Position numbers and translations under genes: made by a program
Assembly (NCBI GenBank): GCA_051294375.1
Contig: CM119263.1
Span: forward strand, 12,379,723-12,443,722
DNA from: Paraspadella gotoi
Lineage: Eukaryota > Animalia > Chaetognatha
Direction of reading: 5' to 3'
Length of the DNA: 64,000 bases
Notes under the pieces: generated by a model
The model's database searches: none
What the model saw: only the letters and a program-made list of their open reading frames with translations
Told to the model about the DNA's origin: nothing
In this document: one piece after another, positions 1 to 32,427 of the stretch
Layout: each line of letters begins with the position of its first letter
Position numbering within the stretch: the stretch's first letter is position 1

Positions 1-844
1 GAATAAATGATAAATTATTATCAGTTGTGCAGTTAGGATTAGCAATGGAATAAAGAGAAAAGTCGATGCGAAGTTGTGAGAAAGAAGAGTGAATGGTTTG
101 ATGAGAGCTGGAACCAGGAGGAACATGGGAAGCTTTAATAGATTAAATGTGATGGAGGAAGTGACAAAAAAGCGGAGGTGGACACCAGAATGTAGATGGA
201 GCTTTAAGTGCGGGTCCGACGGGGTGTAGGCGACATTCAAGATGACTCCTGAGATACGTAAAATAACAAAATAATTGCTAAAAGTCTCTTTTTTTCATGA
301 AGTGGGGGCAATATAATTACATATATATATATATAAATAACTTTAACATCGTGACATAACTATTTAAGAAACATCATTAAAAATGCTACATAATGATAGC
401 ATACCTTGATACGAATAAAAGTACTGATTAGTAGGATTGGCAGACCTTGGATGGAAAAGGGCGGAATTATATGGGAAAAGTGAAATTTTTGGCGAGTGAC
501 GAGTTCAGGTGTCTGCGGAGGACGAGAGGCTTAGGCCAACTCGTATTTCCTGGCCTCTTTTGCCAAAGGATTCATTATGAGGAGGTTCAGCTTGTGGGTG
601 AAGTCGAAATGAAACGATCCGTTGATTTGCGCGGTTTGGCGCTGATTTGAAAATTAATCGAAGTTGAATATTATCTATAGTTGTTACGAAATAAATTGAA
701 CTGATTTGAATTTCAATTACTCGGCCTAATGTATTAATTTTAGTAAATAATTTAAATAAATTGAAATCGGCTTAATAGTGATTGATTTAGATTTATTTAA
801 ATTAATAATTTTTTTTGGTCATGAGTTTATGTGCACATCGTAAG

Positions 845-3800
845 GTCTGGTTGTTAGGAATTCAATTTGAATGGTTGATTGACAAATTCGTTCCAATCAA
901 AGAAGCATTGTACCCTGGTGAAAGACTGACAGTGAAAAACCCCTTTTCGAGCGGTCGGGTGGAAACGGACCGAGTGACATCAACGATAACCTTCATGTCA
1001 ACCGCTTCTCCGTCTTACATGATGGAACCCTCGCCCTCGAGCCGCACAGGGAAAAGGCTCCCACTCAGAAGGGCAGGTTTTTTTTTTAAAAGGGTGGAAA
1101 AATGAAGTAGAAGATTAGAAGTGACAGGCGTTGATGGGAGAGAGCGAGAGAGACAGAGACCGAGATAAGGCGACGCGTTTCAAAGAGGCAACGGGTAAAA
1201 GCTGAAGAGCTTTCTTGGTTGCAGCTGGTGAAAGAGTGAAGACTCGGAAGGAAGTGATGTGCAAAGGAAAGGGCCGAAAATAAAAAAAGAAAGAGAAAGT
1301 AGGAATGTTAAAAGAGCCGAATGAACGTACAAAGGCGTTAAGTATTTGATAGAAAATTTGCGCAAATGAAGAGAAAAAAGAAAGGGGGTAATGGCTGAGA
1401 CAATAAGAGAAAAGATGAAAGGGTGGAGGGTTGGAAAAAGGATTAAGGAATAAGGAATAAGGATTAAGGAATAAAGATTAAGGAAGACGGGGCGAAGAAA
1501 CGGGCGGAGGTGAAGACGATTGGCGAGGCAAAGAGTAGTAAAGGGAGAATGAAGAAGGAAAAATACAAAAGGCGATGGAAAATGGAAAATGAAAATGGTG
1601 ACAGTAAAGTTGAAAGCGTAAGGAATGACGAACTTAATGTAAAAGGCGAAGTTGATGGAAATGGCGATGGTGATAGAAATAGTGAATAGCGAAGTCAATG
1701 AAAATGGTGAAGTCGATGGAAATGGCAAAGCCGCAGAAAATGGCGAATTAGATAGAAATGGCAAACTTAAAGACGATAGAGAAGGAAAAGGCAAAGGCGA
1801 TGTTAAAGGCGGTTACGAAAAACGTCCCCCGGAATGAAAGTCGAATTAAGATCGACGACGAAGATGAAGATTTGATGGGAGCGAAGGAAATCGGAAAATG
1901 GTTTACGAATGAGGAATGATGTCCGGAGGAGCGGAGTGTTGGGGGCAAAGCGGCAAGAGGGGGAACCAATGGCATGGGGTGGGGAGATTGGAGAAACGAT
2001 TGATGTTGTTACCGGCTAAACAAAAGGATTTTCAAGTCTCTGCGATATGAAAAATATGAAACGGAGACAGGGCGTCAATGAAGAGCGGGTGCGACTCAAG
2101 TTTGTTGACTGTTGAGTTTCTCTGTGGTCGGGAGCGAGATCAACTTAAAAGATTTTGAGGCGAGGAGAAGAGCAGGGCATTGACAGCAAAATTGAGGCTG
2201 CTGAAAAAAAGGGTTCTTTTCGGGTTTCATTCCTCTGTGATGTGAGGGAGAAGGTAGAAAAAATGAGTCGAGGGAGAAAAAGAGAAGAGAGCATCGTAGG
2301 ATGTGAGAGAGAGACTGATGAGAGACGAAGAGAAATCTGAAGATGGGCAACTTGGGCGGAGCCGAGGTGGGAAGTGGCAAGCGGCTGCGATTTGAGGACG
2401 AACCAATTCGGATTAATGAACGGAGATGTCGTTGGGAGTCGAAAAGGTGATTTGACGACGAAGACGACGATTTCACCTATAAGGGCAACGACGAAGCCTC
2501 GGTGGTTTGAACGGGATCCACCGTGACCGGCAACATTTTGAGTATGTCCAATTGTCCAGTATGTTCAACAAGTCTCGCATGTTTATCTTATCTTCACAAA
2601 AAACGTTTTTTATTACATGTTGTCGTTAATGACGTCGTCGTTCAGATGTGACCTCAAATATTTGACTTTTAAGAGGCTTGTATTGTTTATCTTTGTTTTA
2701 TCTTTATGCTTGTCCCCCGAGAGATTCTGTAAAAAAAATATTTTGAACCTTTTATGAGATTTTTAAAAAATGGCTAGAGCGGAGTTTCATTTTCTGAATC
2801 AACGGTGATTATGTCCTTCCAACTTCTTTTCAAAAAAGCTCCATCCTTCTTTATTATGAAGCCACTTACTCTTTTAAAAGTTGACAGTATCGCTCCATCT
2901 GTCCATCCCTCGCTCTCACTCGCTCGCTGCCATTTTTCTCTCCATATCTTCCTCCCTTTCAATTTCTTTATTTCTTCCTATTTTTTTTTTTTTAAGTTCT
3001 TTTCAAGCGCGTCTTTTTTTTTCTTCTACGACACGTCGACTGTAACGTTGCATTTACGCCACAATCGTTTCCTCTCGTTTCGAGATAACCACTCTAGTAT
3101 TTCTCTTTCTTTCCATCTCTCTCTCTTTCTCTTTCTCTCTCTCTCTCCTCATGTCGTTTGCCTTCCGTTCTAAATCCCTTTCCAAATTTACTCCCCTGCA
3201 ATTTCATGTTTCTCCATATTTTTTTCCCTTCCTTGTCTTGCCTTTCCTTTTCTTTTCTCTTTCTTATTTCCCTTACTTCTTCCGATTCCCTACGTTTTCC
3301 CCGTCAAAACAGACGAGGATCTCGACAGGAATCGCAGATCCGCCGATTGTCCGCCTCTTGAATCCGTCGGTGGTAACGGGGAACGAGTAGTGGTGGGCGA
3401 CGGGCAGCTTAAAGCGGACGGAGGGAAAGCGGGCATCGTGGTGCTTGAAATGGCGCGGCGCGGTGGGCGAGGGAACGGAGAGAACCGGGCGGTATGTTTA
3501 ATATTGTTTATGCCGCCGTTGAATCCCCTCGACATTCCCCGCGACGTTGTTATTCTCTTGGTTGTTGTAGTTTTTGCGTTTCAAATTTACTTCGCCCATA
3601 GTTTCCGTCTTATTCCTTAATATGATATTAAGTTATAACATTTTTTTTAACCTTGATTATCTTTTCTTATCGTCATCTTTGAATCTTTTTTTTTTATTCA
3701 TTGTCGTTCAGTTCGAGACTGACATGTTTTTCAGTTATGAGCGATCCATTTCATTGTTTGTTTTTTGTTTGTTCGTTTGCATTTCTTTTCCGGCAAAACA

Positions 3801-4019
3801 AATTGTCAAGTCAACGCGGTTTTGCGCTTTTATACGTACGTCACTCTAACGTTATTCGTCAGTCAAAAGTATTTTAGAATTTATGGGTCGACTTCATAAC
3901 TGCCTTTTCTACCAACAAATTTCAGCATAATAAATATTTATAGATTTTTAGGACATCCGTCCTCTGCATTCGGAGAGAGGGAAAACGGCATCGCTGGAGG
4001 CCATGGACGTTCTGACTGG
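845..4019 (+). CDS. Tentative upstream exons of the repeated-domain gene (845-1076, 3313-3372, 3952-4019)
   Basis: Exon 845 follows AAG and reads VWLLGIQFEW, resembling VWEFGIEKK in the downstream repeat. Phases 0>1, 1>1, 1>0 join in frame to the exon at 5736 (...GHGRSDW|VLREHPW). Splice sites are weaker than downstream ones and other exon choices are possible. Confidence 0.45.
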
Positions 4020-5304
4020 GTATCGACTCTCGAGGCAGTATTGTGTACTCGTTCTCGTTCTGTAACCAAGGCATAAGAAACTTTACGCCATCTACTTTTT
4101 GTTAGACATTTAAATGGGGGGGAGAGAATTTGGAATTGAGATATTTAGAGGATAAAATATGGTTTTCAAAAAACGTGTTAGACGGCCGGGGCAGCGTCGA
4201 CAGTGTCGGCAGCGGCATCAACATTGCCAGGCGCGTCGGTGGAGTCAATAAAACTTCGTCTCTTAATTTTCTTTTGATTCAAATTCGGAAAATCTTTTCC
4301 TGGCTTACTCGTTGGAGGTCGCGTTTTCCTTTATTTTCCTACCAGGGGTCGCGAATTTCTTACTCCGGGTTTGGTCTCCTCTTCCGAGTTGACTCCATCT
4401 CTTTCTCGTTTTACTGTTTTCTCGCCTTTGTTTTCGATTAAAATTCCCTTTTGTTTGTTTTCAATTTCGGGTTCCTTATAGTCGCAGATGTTTAACGGAC
4501 GCTTAATCACACCTTGAGAGTGAGACACGCATATCTTTTTTTTACTCTATTAAATTCTTTTTTCCTCGTTTCCATTTTTTTTCTCTCTCTTCTCTTCATG
4601 TTTTTCTCTCCATCGTTTTCCCACTTATTTTTCTACTTCACCCTCTCGCCGGAAGTTCTTTTTTCTCGTTCGTGACAGGCGCGTTATGGACATGGGCGTG
4701 GTTTCCAGTTTTGCGAGCGCGTGGCGAGGCTGAAGACGACCACGGACGTCGGGAAGGGGACTTTACAGTAGCCGACGACGGTGATGACGACGACTATGGG
4801 AACGATAAGATGGAATTGAAGGAAGAGTGTGGAGAGAGTAATTTCGCTGTCGAGGTCCTTGTGAAAAGACAAAATGGAAATACTACGTATCACTCTAGAC
4901 GACGCACAATGAAAAGAATGTTGACGCTCATGGTTATATTTCTCACCGAATTTTTAAAGGATCGAATCTATAAGTGGCACTGTTTAAAGTCCCCGACGGT
5001 GACTCCTAAACCGAAATTGGGTAATGAGCGCAACTCGATGAAGATGGTGAGATTACTTTGTCGGTGTCAATGATGTCACGTTATGGAAGAATTCATGACG
5101 TTTTCACCAAATCTTATTGATCTTAATGATGTAAACAAAAATATGAATTTTTTTCTCTTGTGGGCGTGAAATAAAAAAATTTACAAAAAGAAATTAGAGA
5201 AAACTAGTATAGTTAGAGAATTTGTTAAGTTAGTAATGTACTAGTATGCGTATGCAAAGCACAATGTAGCCCAAAGCCCGTTTCTTTAATACAATTCAAT
5301 TCAA

Positions 5305-5305
5305 T

Positions 5306-5374
<69 letters not shown>

Positions 5375-5382
5375 CTCTCTCT
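5305..5382. repeat. (CT)n/(CTTT)n microsatellite
   Basis: Directly visible simple repeat. Confidence 0.9.
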
Positions 5383-5735
5383 TTGTGCTTTTTTCCCCAC
5401 GGCGAATTCATGAGGGAAATCGCGAAACGCGTGTCCCATTGTGCTGTGCGGTCTCGTGCCTGCGCGGGAATCCGAGGAAGGGGAGCGTTGGGGAAAAGAA
5501 ATGAACTGAGAGGACGTGGCTATAAGGAGAGACAGGAATGGGCATTGAATTGTAAAGTAAAACCTTGCACATATGTGGTCACGTCTAATTTACTTTTAAT
5601 TCTACAAACCAAAGAAAAATAACAAAGTAGCAATCGGTATGTAATTGTAACTAATTGTATATTGTATCATTGTAATTTGTGTGTGTATATGTGGAATTTT
5701 GTCCTTTAGCTCTTTTTTTTTTCAACGGAATCCAG

Positions 5736-25189
<19,454 letters not shown>

Positions 25190-27933
25190 CCCCCCACACA
25201 AGTTTCTTTCTTTTACTTCTCCTCCTCTCCCACTTCGGACGAAGGGCGAATGGAAAAGAAAATATCGTATGAAAGGCGCCATCCCCTTCTCACCGCAAGC
25301 GCAGCCCCTCTCAAATACTACCAGTTCAAAAAACGGTTCCAGTTCTCTCACTCTCTCTTCTTTCTCCCTCTTATCTCTTTCTCTTTATCCTCCTCGCCCT
25401 GGCACTTGTATTTCTTTCTATTTCCCCCCAAAATCTCTCTTTCTCACGATCCTTCTCACTTTTTATTTCGGTGTTTTGAAGTCTTTAAATTGATTTACAT
25501 TTCTATTTTCTTATGACGTCTTTCAATTTAAGTCTCTCCAGCCTCTTTTATTCTCCGCTTCTAACGTGAGACGACCCAATGTTCATAGCGTTAGTTTCGA
25601 TATTGTGATGATGTAGAAATGTTTTGACTTGAATGTAATTTGAATTTAATTAAAAAATTGTTTACCCCTTCTTACTTTGGCCGAGATGAAGAAATCTCTA
25701 TCTCGACGTTACCAACCTAAGTTCTCTATTCCGTTTTTCATTACAATACGGTACTTCTAAGATTTGTTCATTTTTCGCCTCCTGTTTATGATAATAATTT
25801 TCTCTGGCGATTCTATTCTGTTTTTTTGATCGAAGTATATTACTTATTAGTAATAGTTTTGATTCATCGTTTTCATAACCTCGCGCGAAAAGTATTTCAA
25901 GTGTCCGCTTTCAAATACGTACATGCTGAATTTTTTGGCAACTTTTTATGAGCACAATGAGCAGCCGTTGCTTGCTTGCAAATCTCTTAATGTGGGTGTG
26001 TTGAGTGGGTGACAGACGAACTCAGCTCCGTAATCAAATGTTCTCTTTGTCATCGAATTCTAGTTTGTATTTGAATCTTTTTTGCTAAGCACAAAATTAA
26101 AGGGCATTGAATGGTTGCAAAATACAAAATCATAAAATATTTTTAAAAGTTAGTTCGGGTTAAACCTGGATTTCAATTACGAAACTAAAATAAATACGAC
26201 AGAATCTTTCTTTCCCTCTCCGCATCTCTCCGCGTTGCCCCCGTTTTATTCTACATTGCATGTGCAGTTTCCTTCACGAACGTAATTCGTTAAGTTGACT
26301 GGTAGAATTAATCTTAATATATAACTGTATCTATAGTAAACGCCAGTGGCACTATGGTCTAAAAAAATGAAATGTTCTTAAAAATGTTCAATAAAGTAGT
26401 TTCCCAAGATTCTGTCAATGTTGTTTATCGTGCGAAAACCAGCCTTGAGAACCCAAGATGCCCCAAAATGTGCACACACCTCTTTTTGCCTTGTCATGCC
26501 TTTTTTTGTCCTTTTATATTCTAGTAATTAAAATAATGGCAAATTAACAAAAAAATTATCAAAAAATAGCCGGGCTAACTGCCATGTCACTTTTTAGAGC
26601 AGTCATTAGCAGCGTCATTTCTGTCACATCGTAAATTAAAAAAAAACATAATAAATACTAAGTCTTTAACTCATTTTAATTCCATGCATCAAAATATTCA
26701 CTACATTTTCAACTGGAAAGACGTTCAGATAAATTTTGCCGAATGTAGTCATTTATGCAGATCCAATATTGACTTGCTTGCAGCTTTTTAACACAGTTTC
26801 TCCGAAAGAGTCATGCTTGTATTTTTCCCGTTTCTTCGTTTTAAATGTTGACGTCATGTATTGTCTACCAAAACTCCCAACGTCTAGTACAACCTGGTCT
26901 TTTTCTCGCTGATTTTATAGTTTCCTGTTAAATAAGACAAAAATGGCCCTTTGTCTCCATGCTTTTTGAAATCTGTTTTTGTGAATGTAATGTTATTCCC
27001 GGTCGAATTTAATTTAATCATTTTTACACTTTTGTCAAGAGTATTTACAAAAGAAAATAACAATTATGTAAATTTAAAAAAGGGTCAAAATAATTTTTTT
27101 CTTAAAATATTTCTCTACGTATTAATAGTTCATAAGTTACTCTATTGATCCAATATCGAATGCTTATACTATAACCAGTTTAAAAACGCATAATTGTTCC
27201 ACTCATCTTTTGTAATTACACTAGGCAATGATTGTATTGGTGAAACTACCAAAAGAGCTAAACGTGCTATCTATAATTCCCTTGGTTTTATTTCTTTTTA
27301 AATTTTTTTGGTATTCGACACTATAAATTCTTCGTAGCTTTTTCCCTCAAGTTGTATTTACCGCATCGTATATTCTCACATTAAATTTTTTATCTTTTTT
27401 CTTCATCGAAAAAAAATCAAATTTTTTTATCAGTTGATAAAGTTTTCAGATTGGATTTTGTCAAAACTATACGGTACCATATTGCTTAAATTGAAAAAAA
27501 TATTTTCTCGAATTGCCAATTTTCTGAACGATTAAAATAAAAACTCGTTAATTGTAAATTTGATTTATCTTAAATTTACGACGATTATGTTTCCAGTTAA
27601 AATGAAAAAGTTTCGGATTTATTTTTTGATGCAATTTTTTTTAAACTGATTATCATCTTTTGTTAAATGGCACTGTATGTTAGACTTCCTCTGAACAAAT
27701 GTGATATCGTGAAATTTGGAAGAATAGACAAAAATCACTTTGTTAAATAATGTTTTTTATGAAGCGCTGTCTTGCCAGGGAGAGTCTATCACAAAGAGCT
27801 GGATAATTGACAAAACTGACAAAGACTAAATCACCGTGACCCTCATCATTGACATCAATGTTCTTTTCTCAACCGCAAATGAGGTCATTGAACTTTTTTC
27901 TTTATAATCTTTACGAGTTCTACTATCCCCGAA

Positions 27934-28148
27934 TCAACTTGCATAATTTGGTAATTTTGCATAATTTGGTCAATTGGCATAATTTGGTTAACTTGATTAA
28001 ATTATGCAAGTTGATCAAATTATGCAAGATGGATTATTTGTAAAACTGGCATAATTTGGTCAACTGGCATAATTTGGTTAACCGGCATAATTTGGTTACC
28101 TTGCAGAATTTGGTCACTTAAATAATTTGGCCAACTGGCATAATTTGG

Positions 28149-28179
<31 letters not shown>

Positions 28180-28775
28180 GAAAGAGATAGAGGGAAACTT
28201 TTAAAAATTCAATCATATGTATCTTTTGGTTTTTTAATTGATGCGATAATCCTTTCTTTTTCGTTGTTTATAGGTATTAGAGAGAGCAAAGAATTTTGAA
28301 TTTTAACAACGATTTTTATTAATAGTTGGACATGTTTCGGCTTGCTTACTTCAAGCTTTCATCAGCATATGAGTAGTAGTATATGCTGATGAAGGCTTGA
28401 AGTAAGCAAGCCGAAACATGTCCAACTATTAATAAAAATCGTTGTTAAAATTCAAAATTCTTTGCTCTCTCTAATGGTTTTTTAATTTAAACTCTTTTCC
28501 ACTCCTACGATTCCATCAAGAATTTATATCCAGCTTAATCACATATTTTCCTACCCACTCACAAAATTTTATTTAACCAAATTACTAGTAATTGGAGTTT
28601 AATGCTAAGGGGGGACGGACAGACACACAGACATACACAGACAAATTTTTTTGCATAATTTATTATAATTCGATGTTCTGATATGATAATAATGATTTAC
28701 CGACAAGATTTTGGGGTGGGACCGACAAAGTGAATTATAGAGTCGGAATATGCGATAAGCAGATTGTACTAAAAA
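27934..28775 (+). mobile_element. DINE-1/Helentron-like non-autonomous element
   Basis: 18-bp CAACTGGCATAATTTGGT array, (CAAT)n, core repeat, GGACGGACAGAC microsatellite and 3' hairpin AGTCGGAATATGC-GATAA-GCAGATTGTACT followed by an A run. Confidence 0.7.
28240..28475. mobile_element. Penelope-like insertion forming a 95-bp-arm palindrome with two hammerhead motifs
   Basis: Arms 28276-28370 and 28381-28475 are inverted with one mismatch. + copy is CTGATGA-A-GGCTTG(AAGTAAG)CAAGCC-GAAA-CATG-TC. Flanking duplication GGTTTTTTAATT at 28228-28239 and 28476-28487. Confidence 0.85.
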
Positions 28776-29760
28776 TGACTGACTGGTGAGGTTCTAGCAG
28801 GCGAAAGCCGAAAGTAAATTAAGCCGGTTAAACAATTTATAGAATAACAAAAAATAAAAAAAACTAATTTTGATGTTGATAAATAAACGATCTCGAAAAA
28901 AAACAGAGTTCATCAGTCCAATAAAAAATGTACCCTTATTTTTTTACCTTTTTACAAAATCTTATTAAATGTTTAAGAATAATCCCAATTTTTTTTTTAT
29001 TATTATTATTTCGTTTTCCCTCGGCCCCCGCTAAGCTCTACTCTGCCGATCGAATAAAAAGCGGATTACTTCTCGGCTCCTAAAGGAAAAACCAATAACG
29101 AAGGATTCCAAAGGACAGTTGCGATTCGGCATCTAAAAGTAATTCGGTTATAAATATAATAGACTACGATAACATTACTAAATTTCCGACTGAATATTAA
29201 GTTTTTCGAACTGGGTAAAAATACATGTTTTAAGGCGAACACACGGGAAACTGCTTATAGAATATAATTTTTAAAAACAGCGTAACAGTAGCACAAATTA
29301 TATTTTCTTTGTCGTAATATCCTTATATATAATTTTAAAATGATAAAATTTTTAAATGAAGAACAGATTCGGATTTGTCAGAAAAGAATAAAAAACTTAA
29401 ATAAAATATATTATATATTTTAATCTTAAGTCTACGAAAAATGATTACAACGTTTCATGTTATGATACAATTTTAATTGCAGAGAGTATAAATTTTAAAA
29501 CCCAATTTTAAAAAAGAAAAAAACTTTTTTACGCTAAAAACATGATAATATAAAACATGTTATCAAAAATTCTTGATCTCACTTTTGATGAAGAATCTGA
29601 ATCTCATAAAATTTTAAAATTTATTATTTTATAAGGATATTACAATAATTACATTGTAGTTTGCGCTTTTGTTCCCGAAACAATATGAACAAATACTTTT
29701 AAGCCTCAATCATACTATCTTACATAAAACCATTATTATAACTAAAATTTTAACATAATT

Positions 29761-29914
29761 TTACTTTCGCCGACTGGGGTGAGGGGGCTTTAGCGTTAAG
29801 GGTAGTTTAGAGGTGGTTTAGGGTTAGGAATGATTAGGGTTAAGGGGGTTTAGGGTTAAGGTAATTGGGAAATAATTTTTTAAAAGAAGCCAAATCCCCA
29901 GTCAGCCAAAGTAA
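29761..29914. mobile_element. Small MITE enclosing degenerate TTAGGG-like repeats
   Basis: TTACTTTCGCCGACTGGGG ... CCCCAGTCAGCCAAAGTAA imperfect TIRs; related single ends at ~19950 and ~34735. Confidence 0.65.
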
Positions 29915-30032
29915 CATTTGAGCAGAATTTTTGTTCATGAGAGCTCCACTCTATTGATCAACGCACCTATCGAAGAATACTTATCTTTTTTCTTATATCT
30001 CATTTCGCTAAAAAAAAATTTAATCCAACACA

Positions 30033-30626
30033 ATGTCTTCTTTCGCCTCCGCCGAGGCTGAGCCTAGTCAACTGGCATTTACAGCTCCTACACCATCTCT
30101 GCCTCATTTTCTTCTGAGGCTTCCGGTCTTCGCATTCGGATGCCCGACTCGAAAGGTTGAAGGATACGGAATAAATCACATCGGAAATGGGGACAAAGCT
30201 ATGACCCCATCATTCACCTCGACTTCTTCCTCCGTACTCGCCGCGTCTGACTTAGCTTTGTTATCTACTAATACAGCTTTAATCGATTGCTATTCGGTCG
30301 AAATATCGAGCTCTCATCACCTTTCCTCAGAATCTAATGAGAATTTCCGCGGAAGAAGTTGGGGTGGATCTGTTGCCAATAACCTAGTGTCATCAAACTT
30401 GAGTTTACTTAAAGCCACCGAAAGGGCTTCCGCGCATGTAAGCGAGAAAAGGGATATGTCAACAACAGAACAGCGTAGGAATAAAATTTTAAAAATGCGG
30501 TGGCATAGTTGCAAATTCGAAAGAGAGACATATCCGTTCTTCGTCATAGACAAGCACTCGATTATTAAGGTACGACTAAGTGTCTGGAAGCTTTATCTAT
30601 TATTAAATTCAAATCGGTACAACTAA
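30033..30626 (+). CDS. Possible coding exon or ORF, unknown product
   Basis: 197-aa open frame with higher GC than its flanks, ATG in ACAATG context and a possible AAG|GTACGA donor near 30568. No motif recognised and no partner exon found. Confidence 0.3.
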   Translation: MSSFASAEAEPSQLAFTAPTPSLPHFLLRLPVFAFGCPTRKVEGYGINHIGNGDKAMTPSFTSTSSSVLAASDLALLSTNTALIDCYSVEISSSHHLSSESNENFRGRSWGGSVANNLVSSNLSLLKATERASAHVSEKRDMSTTEQRRNKILKMRWHSCKFERETYPFFVIDKHSIIKVRLSVWKLYLLLNSNRYN

Positions 30627-30866
30627 TATTATTTTTCATTTAAATTAATTTTTTAATAATTTTTTTCAAATTTGGGAGCTCAACTGATTCGAACAAAGAC
30701 GATGATGACGACGACGAATACGACGACGTACTTTGTTACCCGTAGTGCCCAGTAAGAATAACCGGGTTAAGTTGTATAAAATTAGTAAAAGCAATAAAAA
30801 AAATTATCAATTAGTAGATAAAAAAACTATCTTGCCCTTGGCCAGGCGTTGTATGGTATGTATTAT

Positions 30867-31133
30867 TAGAGTGATGTGAAAATGATAAAATTTTAGAAAA
30901 TTAAAATTTAACATATAAAACATGAATATAAAAACCAATAAAAATATTTTTATAATTTTAACATTGTGTATAAACTATCAATTTCGTTGCGTTTTGAAAT
31001 TTAGGAGAAAAAAAAAAAATTTATTTGTTTTTATCAACGAATTGTTTTATTGTTAATACATGTTTCGACTCTTGAGTTTTAGAGTCTTCATCAGTTATGA
31101 CAATCAATAATTTCTTACTCTTTAACATTAGGT

Positions 31134-31217
<84 letters not shown>

Positions 31218-32235
31218 AAAAGAGGGAGTTTCCAACAAAGAATTGAGCAAAGGACAGTGGTCAGATATGAGGACAGGTGAAGGTAAGATCAGGGGAAGAA
31301 GTAAGTTGGGTGAAATTTGAAATGAGAGAGAGAGAGAGAGACAGGGTAAGAGAAAATCTTTACATTTTTGTAATGTATAACAATGATAGAGAGATAAAAT
31401 TACAAACTTAATAGTTAAACTAATAGTAACATTGAAAAATAATTAATGAGTTTAAGAAGTTGAAATTGAAATAGGTGAGAGGAGGGCCGTCGGCAGGCCT
31501 ATCAGGCCAGAGAGATATTCGAGTGGCGTTAGGCATTTTCCCAGGAGGATCACTACCAGGTCCCGAAATGTCACACTCCACAGTCATATTTCTCAGCCCA
31601 TGACAAGCCAATGACCCGAACCTATCGCAAACGTCCCACCTTTGCCCGCGGGGGGGGGGCCGGCTCATTTTGAGCTTTCTCTAAACTTAATTTCACTTAC
31701 TCTTTACTTACCTATCCCTCATCACTTATTCAATTTTAATTTTAATTCAATTTTATTTCAATTTCAACTTCTTAAACTCATTAATTTATTTTTCAATTCT
31801 TTGTTGGAAACTCCCTCTTTTTCTGTCTCTCTCTCTCTCTCTCACCTAATGTTAAAGAGTAAGAAATTATTGATTGTCATAACTGATGAAGACTCTAAAA
31901 CTCAAGAGTCGAAACATTTATTAACAATAAAACAATTCATCGATAAAAACAAATAAATTGTTTTTTTTCTTCTATATAATTTTAACATACTTAATAACAT
32001 AATTTTTGAAAAATATTTATATTTTCTTATATAAACTTTTAACGAGGAATCTGAATCTGTTCTCAGATTAAAAAAAAAACATTTTGAAATTTTAATATTA
32101 TATAAGGGTAATATTATATACAAAATAAGCGGACTGGGCTACTATATTAGTAAAAAAAAAAAAAAATAACTACAGATATGATAGTTTTTAAAATATAACT
32201 GCTAAATTTTGATTCTATACTTTTACTTTACCCTA
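30867..32235 (-). mobile_element. hAT-type MITE copy A (contains a Penelope-like insertion)
   Basis: Ends TAGAGTGATGTGAAAA and CTTTTACTTTACCCTA; GTATGTAT on both sides (3 extra bases on the left); inverted relative to copy B. Confidence 0.75.
30965..31974. mobile_element. Penelope-like element 3' fragment with inverted pseudo-LTR and two hammerhead motifs
   Basis: ~31020-31250 is inverted at ~31795-31965. 31485-31700 (+) encodes GPSAGLSGQRDIRVALGI, homologous to the end of the ORF at 33012. Hammerheads at 31053-31098 (-) and 31878-31924 (+, stem III mutated). Duplication TATAATTTTAACAT at 30951-30964 and 31975-31988. Confidence 0.85.
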
Positions 32236-32427
32236 GTATGTATATTAAGGTGAAGTGAAAGTTTGGAATCAAAATTTAGCAGTTATATCTTAAAAACTAT
32301 CATATTAGTGAATATTAAGTATTATATATATATATTAATTATATATTAATATGAAGTTATTTTTTTTGTAAATATAATAAACCAGTCAGCTTATTTTATA
32401 CATATATAATATTATATATACTTTTAT

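Noticed and set aside
1180-2476. Long F/L/S-rich minus-strand ORFs and E/K/G-rich plus-strand ORFs
   Set aside because: By-products of purine-rich low-complexity intronic sequence; no convincing splice context or motifs.
27935-28150. 18-bp arrays (also 36918-37085 and 56445-56580) as CRISPR or coding repeats
   Set aside because: No unique spacers and no cas genes; eukaryotic context; they are internal to a DINE-like element.
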